Virus record (IMG/VR): IMGVR_UViG_2778261687_000004
Coordinates: 1-14,113 of that record
Length of the DNA: 14,113 nucleotides
From: a virus
Lineage: Duplodnaviria; Heunggongvirae; Uroviricota; Caudoviricetes
Reading direction: 5' to 3' (one strand)
The translations under genes were made by a program, and so were the position numbers. Below, piece after piece: positions 8,572 to 14,113 of the stretch. Each line of letters starts with the position of its first letter. Within the stretch, counting starts at the first letter, position 1. Under the pieces are notes generated by a model that saw only the letters and a program-made list of their open reading frames with translations, was not told where the DNA came from and ran no database searches.

Positions 8572-9885
8572 TCAATCTTTTTTATCGGGATCAGGCTTCT
8601 TTTTAGGTAACTTCGGGGGCTTAACTTGCTGATGACTTTGCGTTCGGCGCGTAAGCCAGGGATGGTCAGCTTTAGGTTTAACATAGTATTTTGAGCGTAA
8701 ATCAATACGGGCATTATCCACTCGTTCATGGACACTCTTTTCATCATCCAGTGGTATAGGCTCCGGGCCATCAACATACTTTTCCCAGCCCAGCGCTTTC
8801 CCGTCATACAGAACGTTAATTTCACCGTCAAAGTTCTCGCATACAGTAACAACCGAATGCCTAAGTCGATATCCCCGGCCCTCACTGCGTACCTGAAACG
8901 CACTGCTTTTGTACTGGAAAGTGAGATTTTTAGACAGAACGCGCTTCGCCTGTAGGCTGAAGATATAACCCAGTTCCTCTTCAGAATGGTGCACATCAAG
9001 ATGAGCATTATCAGTAGTACGAGGCGACGTAGCGAACCGGTTGTTATAGGCTTCAATAAAGGTCGGCAACCATGCATTTGCTGTTTCAATATCACTGATA
9101 TTCTGAAGCCGCATTTCTTTGACCAGCCTGTCCTGTAGTGTCTGATTGGCGCGCTCTACCCGCCCTTTTGCCTGCGGGCTGTTGGCATGGATTGGCTCGA
9201 TGCCCAGTGTCTTTATCGCACGAGTGAACTGGGTCAGCTCACCTTCCCGCTCTGGGTTATTTACCCTGAATATACTGTGTCTATCAGAGTAGAGAGCGAG
9301 CGGTACGCCATGATCATTAAGGTAACCCCGGAGGGTTTCCATGTAAGCCCGGGTTGTTTCAGCAGGCACAAAACGCAACGCCATCAACGCACTGGTGGCA
9401 TCATCAATGAAAACGATCAGTGTACATCTGGGGCCTCGATTTTCAAACCAGTCATGAGGTGAGCCATCAATCTGGATCAGTTCACCGTAAGATGGTCGTC
9501 GCATGCGGCGTTGATATATACGGGCAATTTTACGACGGCGTTCACGCCATAACCCCTCTTCTATCATCCACTTTCTGAGAGTTTCAACGGATAAAGATAA
9601 ACCGTGTATCTCGCGCAATTTTTCGCACGCAAACGTAGGTCCAAAATCAGCGTAACGGCCTTTGAGGAGTGAAATTACTGTTGCTCTGAATTCAGTAGAA
9701 AAGGAATTATTAGGACGCTTTCCACGTCGGTGGGAAACCAGACCAGAAGGCCCTTCATTTCTATACCGTTGCACCAGACGTTTAACCTGCCGAATAGAAA
9801 TGCCAATGCGTGCCGCAGCTTGTTCCTGAATAATCTGAAGTCGGTGGAGTTCCTTATGACTCATCGTAACAGTCTCTTTGATCAT
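8572..9885 (-). CDS. Transposase-like protein, N-terminal HTH plus DDE/rve integrase-core domain and C-terminal extension (437 aa); probably IS481-family-like, family not verified
   Basis: N-terminal HTH (GISIRQVKRLVQRYRNEGPSGLVSHRRGKRPNN); D residues in LIQIDGSPHDWF and VFIDDATS; HANSPQAKGRVERANQTLQDRL resembles the retroviral-integrase-type E motif. RBS TGGGGGAT upstream of ATG 9885. Confidence 0.8.
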   Translation of the reverse strand: MIKETVTMSHKELHRLQIIQEQAAARIGISIRQVKRLVQRYRNEGPSGLVSHRRGKRPNNSFSTEFRATVISLLKGRYADFGPTFACEKLREIHGLSLSVETLRKWMIEEGLWRERRRKIARIYQRRMRRPSYGELIQIDGSPHDWFENRGPRCTLIVFIDDATSALMALRFVPAETTRAYMETLRGYLNDHGVPLALYSDRHSIFRVNNPEREGELTQFTRAIKTLGIEPIHANSPQAKGRVERANQTLQDRLVKEMRLQNISDIETANAWLPTFIEAYNNRFATSPRTTDNAHLDVHHSEEELGYIFSLQAKRVLSKNLTFQYKSSAFQVRSEGRGYRLRHSVVTVCENFDGEINVLYDGKALGWEKYVDGPEPIPLDDEKSVHERVDNARIDLRSKYYVKPKADHPWLTRRTQSHQQVKPPKLPKKKPDPDKKD

Positions 9886-9973
9886 GAAAAATCCCCCAGA
9901 GAATTGTCTGGGGACATTTTAGAATGGTTCAAAGGGGACATTACAGCTTGGTGTTAACAATAGCCTGCTTCTC

Positions 9974-9989
9974 CGTGCCTTTCGGCACG
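9974..9989 (-). other. GNRA-tetraloop hairpin (CGTGCC-GAAA-GGCACG) resembling a csp 'upstream box', followed by SD-like GGAGAAG, with no nearby start codon
   Basis: Minus strand reads ACGTGCCGAAAGGCACGGAGAAGCAGGC; GCCGAAAGGCAC matches the cspA-family upstream-box consensus as I recall it. Confidence 0.4.
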
Positions 9990-10219
9990 TAAGAGGCTAA
10001 CCTACATGTGTCTAGCATGAAATTGGCCTCAGATTAATGTTAAGCGTCTTGCAGGACGCGTAATGTTAACTGGGGCTTTTCTCTATCTGCCGTTGGTGTC
10101 CATGCCCGAGGCAGATAGCCTCAAGCACCCGCAGTCATTCTACTTAACTAAGATTTCCCCGCAAACCGTTTTTGTCCAGCACAGTAAATATCCAACTAAA
10201 CCAATGGAGTTCGCTGTAT

Positions 10220-10399
10220 TTACCGCCAGTATTCAATGCACATGACCGCCATGAACACCCCTAAAAAAAGGGCATTTATATATCCAAATATTAATATCAA
10301 AACATCAACTTTTTCCATATACCTTGCTGTGAAGATGATGGGCATACATGATGCGAACAACCAGAACGCAACAAACAAAAACTGCAATGCGTTTTTCAT
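10220..10399 (-). CDS. Candidate small membrane protein (59 aa, two predicted TM helices)
   Basis: Strong SD AGGAGG 4 nt upstream of ATG 10399; MKNALQFLFVAFWLFASCMPIIFTARYMEKVDVLILIFGYINALFLGVFMAVMCIEYWR. The longer track ORF starts with GTG and lacks a usable SD. Confidence 0.5.
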   Translation of the reverse strand: MKNALQFLFVAFWLFASCMPIIFTARYMEKVDVLILIFGYINALFLGVFMAVMCIEYWR

Positions 10400-11016
10400 T
10401 ATTCCTCCTACAATCAATGTGCAATTACATTTAAACACACCTCAATTTGGCCGGACATATAAATATCTAAACCAGAAAAAATCACTTACATAGCGTTACA
10501 AACTCTTTAGTCTAAAGGTTCATCGTAAAACATTCCCCATACTTATCAGTCCGTTCCGCGCCAGGTAGCTCATTGCCTTATCTGGCAACCTGTAATCAGG
10601 TTTCCGCTTTTTCAGTTGGCTGGTCGTTTAACCGACATAGTTAATCCATTAATCTAGTTGCCGGATGTTGGTGGATTTTCGCGTTTTAGTTGTTCATAAA
10701 AGTGCACAGCTTTAACCAGTTCTTCTGATGTAACTGGGACTGGTGAGGCAGTGAATAAGGCCTGAATTTGATAGTTCGGCCTGTCGTTACAATCCTCTTT
10801 TTTCGGTACATATTTCCAGTCACCAGACCACTACTTCCCCTGAAAGTCCGTAACGCCTTTTTTCACGTAGCGATATCGCCATGCCACTGGTTTTGCTTGC
10901 CCCGCCGTTTCATGCCCTTCCTGATAATTAATCTCGCTCATTCATCGCCCCACTCATCACAATATGCTTCGACCGGAGTTTTTCCCGCTTCATAGTCATC
11001 ACGCTAGGATTCGACA

Positions 11017-11316
11017 TCAGCAGCACTTCCACCGCGTAGCCTCCATAATTGCAGGCACTAGCGCCGTGAACTTTTCACGCTTATCCCTGGTGTCGATAGC
11101 CTTCCAGCGTTCAAATATCTTCACTCGATTAACGCCAAGCGCTCGCTGATCAATCGCGCCACCTTCATATGTGACACGCTGAACATCGATGTTCGGGCGC
11201 TCTTTCAAAGCCCAGAATGCTTCAGTGATTAATATCGTCGCCTGCTCCTGTGTCATTCCTGGTCGACATATCCAGGCATCCAGAGCCTCACGAGCCTGTT
11301 CAGGAGTGATTTTCAT
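11017..11316 (-). CDS. Hypothetical 99-aa protein immediately downstream of dicC, overlapping it by 17 nt (ydfX position)
   Basis: ORF MKITPEQAREALDAWICRPGMTQEQATILITEAFWALKERPNIDVQRV...; the dicC stop (11300-11302) lies inside it in another frame. Weak SD. Confidence 0.5.
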   Translation of the reverse strand: MKITPEQAREALDAWICRPGMTQEQATILITEAFWALKERPNIDVQRVTYEGGAIDQRALGVNRVKIFERWKAIDTRDKREKFTALVPAIMEATRWKCC

Positions 11317-11530
11317 TGTTCAACCGCCCCGCCCGCTTCGTCTTACGATATTCATCATAAACTTTGGGATCATACTGAAGCTCCCCGCCAGATGCCTCCT
11401 GTAGACGCATCGCGCGACCTTCGGGAACTAAATCCCCTTTCCAGCTATAAAGCGAAGCCAAACGAATACCTGCTGCTTGTGCAAGTTTTGTTTTTGAACC
11501 GAAATACAAAAGAGCGTCAGTTTTAAGCAT
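11300..11530 (-). CDS. dicC: Cro-like repressor of the division-inhibition operon, DicC (76 aa)
   Basis: MLKTDALLYFGSKTKLAQAAGIRLASLYSWKGDL... has an HTH; divergent from dicA across an operator-containing intergenic region; RBS AAGGTG. Confidence 0.85.
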   Translation of the reverse strand: MLKTDALLYFGSKTKLAQAAGIRLASLYSWKGDLVPEGRAMRLQEASGGELQYDPKVYDEYRKTKRAGRLNNENHS

Positions 11531-11544
11531 TTAAAACACCTTTA

Positions 11545-11564
11545 TTGTTAGTCATAACTAACAA
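11545..11564. promoter_or_regulatory. Perfect 20-bp palindromic operator candidate in the dicC-dicA divergent promoter region
   Basis: TTGTTAGT-CATA-ACTAACAA (11545-11564); a second, imperfect related site around 11597-11616 (TTAGCATTAGCTAACTA). Confidence 0.6.
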
Positions 11565-11613
11565 GATAGATGTTAACAAAAACATAGTCAATACGATTTA
11601 GCATTAGCTAACT

Positions 11614-12021
11614 ATGGAAACAAAAAATTTAACTATCGGCGAACGCATCAGGTATCGTCGGAAAAACCTCAAACACACCCAAAGGTCTCTTGCTAAAGCC
11701 CTGAAAATCTCCCATGTGTCTGTATCACAATGGGAACGGGGTGATAGTGAACCTACAGGGAAGAACCTTTTTGCCCTCAGCAAAGTATTGCAATGCTCAC
11801 CAACATGGATTCTATTTGGCGATGAAGACAAGCAACCAACACCACCTGTTGAGAAGCCAGTTGCCTTATCCCCCAAAGAACTAGAGCTCCTTGAGCTGTT
11901 TAATGCACTGCCAGAATCAGAACAGGATACCCAGCTCGCCGAAATGCGAGCTCGAGTAAAAAACTTCAATAAACTCTTTGAAGAATTACTAAAAGCCCGT
12001 CAGCGGACAAATAAAAGATAA
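11614..12021 (+). CDS. dicA: XRE-family HTH repressor DicA (135 aa), cI-like
   Basis: METKNLTIGERIRYRRKNLKHTQRSLAKALKISHVSVSQWERGDSEPTGKNLFALSKVL...: classic lambda-Cro/C1-type HTH. Confidence 0.88.
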   Translation: METKNLTIGERIRYRRKNLKHTQRSLAKALKISHVSVSQWERGDSEPTGKNLFALSKVLQCSPTWILFGDEDKQPTPPVEKPVALSPKELELLELFNALPESEQDTQLAEMRARVKNFNKLFEELLKARQRTNKR

Positions 12022-12187
12022 CATCATCAATGAGTTATCTTTTACCACATCAATTATGTTAGCTATAGCATACAAAATCACTTGACCGATATGTTAGTCA
12101 TGGCTAATCTTGTTTGCATCAACACACCGCACGGTGTTCTCAGCAAACAGTTCCGCTACCCCAGCGTTAAGGGGAAATGAGGTCAGC

Positions 12188-12343
12188 ATGGATACTATCG
12201 ATCTTGGCAACAACGAATCTCTGGTGTACGGCGTGTTTCCAAACCAGGACGGCACGTTCACCGCAATGACGTATACCAAAAGCAAAACGTTTAAAACCGA
12301 AAATGGTGCCCGTCGCTGGCTGGAAAGAAACTCAGGTGAGTGA
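12188..12343 (+). CDS. ydfA: Small prophage protein YdfA (51 aa)
   Basis: ATG 12188 with SD GAGG; MDTIDLGNNESLVYGVFPNQDGTFTAMTYTKSKTFKTENGARRWLERNSGE; first gene of the dicB operon. Confidence 0.75.
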   Translation: MDTIDLGNNESLVYGVFPNQDGTFTAMTYTKSKTFKTENGARRWLERNSGE

Positions 12344-12344
12344 T

Positions 12345-12473
12345 ATGGATTTCGACACAATCATGGAAAAGGCTTACGAAGAATACTTCGAAGGCCTTGC
12401 CGAAGGCGAAGAAGCTCTCAGCTTCAGTGAGTTTAAACAGGCGCTTTCCAGTTCGGCAAAATCTAACGGCTGA
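12345..12473 (+). CDS. ydfB: Small acidic prophage protein YdfB (42 aa)
   Basis: ATG 12345 starts 2 nt after the ydfA stop, with SD AGGTGAG; MDFDTIMEKAYEEYFEGLAEGEEALSFSEFKQALSSSAKSNG*. Below the track cutoff. Confidence 0.65.
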   Translation: MDFDTIMEKAYEEYFEGLAEGEEALSFSEFKQALSSSAKSNG

Positions 12474-12502
12474 TAAGCGAAACAGCACCGCGAGGAATCA
12501 GT

Positions 12503-12721
12503 ATGCAGAAACGAGAACCCGTCATCATCGCGCCAGACTATACCGATGATGAACTTTATGAGTGGATGCGCCAGAAAATTAATGCAGCGCAGGATCTGAA
12601 ATGGGCTAATGAAGCCAGGGCTAAGCAGGCTGAAAATCTGTCCGCTCTGGAGCAGGATATCACCAATCTGGAAAAAGCAGCGGCATTAAGCATTGCCAGA
12701 ATGATTACATACCCGCGTTAG
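12503..12721 (+). CDS. ydfC: Prophage protein YdfC (72 aa)
   Basis: SD GAGGAA 7 nt upstream; MQKREPVIIAPDYTDDELYEWMRQKINAAQDLKWANEARAK... Confidence 0.78.
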   Translation: MQKREPVIIAPDYTDDELYEWMRQKINAAQDLKWANEARAKQAENLSALEQDITNLEKAAALSIARMITYPR

Positions 12722-13061
12722 TAGCTAATCAACAAAGCTAAGGTTAGTAATTAAGGAGTTCTCCACGGGTGAGGTGGAGTGCGTGCGCCGGACACGGGTG
12801 CGCATCCGGAACTGACAGTTTACTGAAAGGATATTTCCCTGAAAAGTCAGACCATAACGCGAAAGCGCACGGCGAGGTAGCTGGTTCATAGATAGCCTGT
12901 CGTTAAATTTTCGTCGACCGTGCGCTTCCGGTTGTGGCAACCCGCGAAATGGCGCGGCGGTAAGTATGGCGGGGTTATTCCTTCCCCGTTGAGGACACCG
13001 GGTTGTCAGGTTGACCATACGCTTAAGTGACAACCCCGCTGCAACGCCCTCTGTTATCAAT

Positions 13062-13114
13062 TTTCTGGTGACGTTTGGCGGTATCAGTTTTACTCCGTGA
13101 CTGCTCTGCCGCCC
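13062..13114 (+). ncRNA. dicF: DicF small regulatory RNA (about 53 nt; ftsZ-targeting), processed from the dicB operon transcript
   Basis: TTTCTGGTGACGTTTGGCGGTATCAGTTTTACTCCGTGACTGCTCTGCCGCCC followed by TTTTT (13115-13119), between ydfC and dicB; recognised from memory of the DicF sequence; preceded by a GC-rich structured region. Confidence 0.8.
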
Positions 13115-13288
13115 TTTTTAAAGTGAATTTTGTGATGTGGTGAATGCGGCTGAGCGCACGCGGAACAGTTAAAACCAAAAACAGTGTTATGGGTGGATTC
13201 TCTGTATCCGGCGTTAATTGTTAACTGGTTAACGTCACCTGGAGGCACCAGGCACTGCATCACAAAATTCATTGTTGAGGACGCGATA

Positions 13289-13477
13289 ATGAAAACGTTA
13301 TTACCAAACGTTAATACGTCTGAAGGTTGTTTTGAAATTGGTGTCACTATCAGTAACCCAGTATTTACTGAAGATGCCATTAACAAGAGAAAACAAGAAC
13401 GGGAGCTATTAAATAAAATATGCATTGTTTCAATGCTGGCTCGTTTACGTCTGATGCCAAAAGGATGTGCACAATGA
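13289..13477 (+). CDS. dicB: Cell-division inhibitor DicB (62 aa)
   Basis: SD GAGGA 7 nt upstream of ATG 13289; MKTLLPNVNTSEGCFEIGVTISNPVFTEDAINKRKQERELLNKICIVSMLARLRLMPKGCAQ. Confidence 0.85.
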   Translation: MKTLLPNVNTSEGCFEIGVTISNPVFTEDAINKRKQERELLNKICIVSMLARLRLMPKGCAQ

Positions 13478-13665
13478 ATTCAGCATTTGTGCTTGTTCTG
13501 ACAGTTTTTCTTGTTTCCGGAGAGCCAGTTGATATTGCAGTCAGTGTTCACAGGACAATGCAGGAGTGTATGACTGCAGCAACCGAACAGAAAATTCCCG
13601 GTAACTGTTACCCGGTCGATAAAGTTATTCACCAGGATAATATCGAAATCCCGGCAGGTCTTTAA
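13474..13665 (+). CDS. ydfD: YdfD (63 aa), small membrane protein reported as a lysis-inducing toxin; start overlaps dicB stop (ATGA)
   Basis: MNSAFVLVLTVFLVSGEPVDIAVSVHRTMQECMTAATEQKIPGNCYPVDKVIHQDNIEIPAGL; N-terminal TM helix. Confidence 0.8.
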   Translation: MNSAFVLVLTVFLVSGEPVDIAVSVHRTMQECMTAATEQKIPGNCYPVDKVIHQDNIEIPAGL

Positions 13666-13757
13666 AACAGTTCCGTAATAAATATCCGGTTTCATTCTTA
13701 TATGCCAGCAATGGCAGGGATTTGTTCATCCTTAAATCTGTCATGAGGTTAAAACAA

Positions 13758-14113
13758 ATGAGTAAAGTCTTTATTTGCGCCGCTATTCCTGACGAACTGG
13801 CAACAAGGGAAGAAGGCGCTGTGGCTGTAGCCACAGCCATTGAAGCTGGCGACGAACGCCGTGCTCGAGCAAAATTTCACTGGCAATTCCTGGAACATTA
13901 TCCGGCTGCTCAGGACTGCGCTTATAAATTTATTGTCTGCGAGGATAAACCTGGCATACCCCGCCCTGCCCTCGATTCATGGGATGCTGAATATATGCAG
14001 GAAAACCGCTGGGATGAGGAGTCTGCTTCTTTTGTCCCGGTTGAGACTGAATCCGATCCGATGAACGTCACTTTTGACAAGCTGGCCCCTGAAGTACAGA
14101 ACGCTGTCATGGT
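13758..14113 (+). CDS. ydfE: YdfE-like prophage protein, 5' portion (runs off the window end)
   Basis: ATG 13758 with SD GAGG; MSKVFICAAIPDELATREEGAVAVATAIEAGDERRARAKFHWQFLEHYPAAQDCAYKF...; no stop before the window end, so absent from the ORF track. Confidence 0.7.
   Translation, partial: MSKVFICAAIPDELATREEGAVAVATAIEAGDERRARAKFHWQFLEHYPAAQDCAYKFIVCEDKPGIPRPALDSWDAEYMQENRWDEESASFVPVETESDPMNVTFDKLAPEVQNAVM

Noticed and set aside
8520-9095. 191-aa minus-strand ORF
   Set aside because: An alternative frame inside the transposase gene; unusual composition; no independent start signals.
10063-10493. Plus-strand ORFs 10063..10245 and 10236..10493
   Set aside because: Antisense to, or overlapping, the small membrane-protein gene that has a consensus SD; low-complexity translation.
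8222-13225. Recurrent GTTAAC-containing 10-12-mers (8222, 9951, 10061, 13215)
   Set aside because: Matches of 10 bp are expected many times by chance in 14 kb, and half of each match is the palindromic HpaI site. Only the 8222/10061 pair is kept, as a weak IS-boundary candidate.
12725-13425. Minus-strand ORFs 12725..13060 and 13090..13425
   Set aside because: Antisense to the dicB operon transcript and the DicF precursor region; these are GC-rich structured-RNA segments that happen to lack stops.
13840-14110. ORFs 13840..14064 (+) and 13922..14110 (-)
   Set aside because: Alternative frame or antisense within ydfE, whose frame from ATG 13758 has a good SD and runs open to the window end.

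Overview
This window reads as a lambdoid cryptic prophage segment of Escherichia coli, syntenic (from memory of the K-12 map, not a database search) with the Qin prophage from ynfO/ydfO through the dicB operon to the start of ydfE. It carries three CspA-family cold-shock genes (cspI, cspB, cspF), a pinholin / DUF1327 / SAR-endolysin / spanin lysis cassette, a Q-antiterminator homolog, a DUF968 gene, sigma28-driven flxA, the dicC-dicA immunity switch, and ydfA-ydfB-ydfC-DicF-dicB-ydfD. I did not find a convincing new multi-gene system. The most notable points are: (1) several genes appear inactivated: gnsB (T9 run), the Rz/Rz1 spanin pair (T6 run, where one added base restores both genes), quuQ (in-frame TAA), and probably the DUF968 gene (frameshift); (2) a 437-aa HTH + DDE (rve-type) transposase-like gene with unresolved ends sits between flxA and dicC; (3) there are unexplained small ORFs with strong ribosome-binding sites (59-aa membrane protein, 29-aa hydrophobic peptide, 11-aa mini-ORF, 56-aa zinc-ribbon protein); (4) a csp-leader-like hairpin lies upstream of the transposase. 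Gene symbols are by K-12 synteny and recalled sequence; all coordinates were derived by hand and have not been confirmed by a search or alignment.
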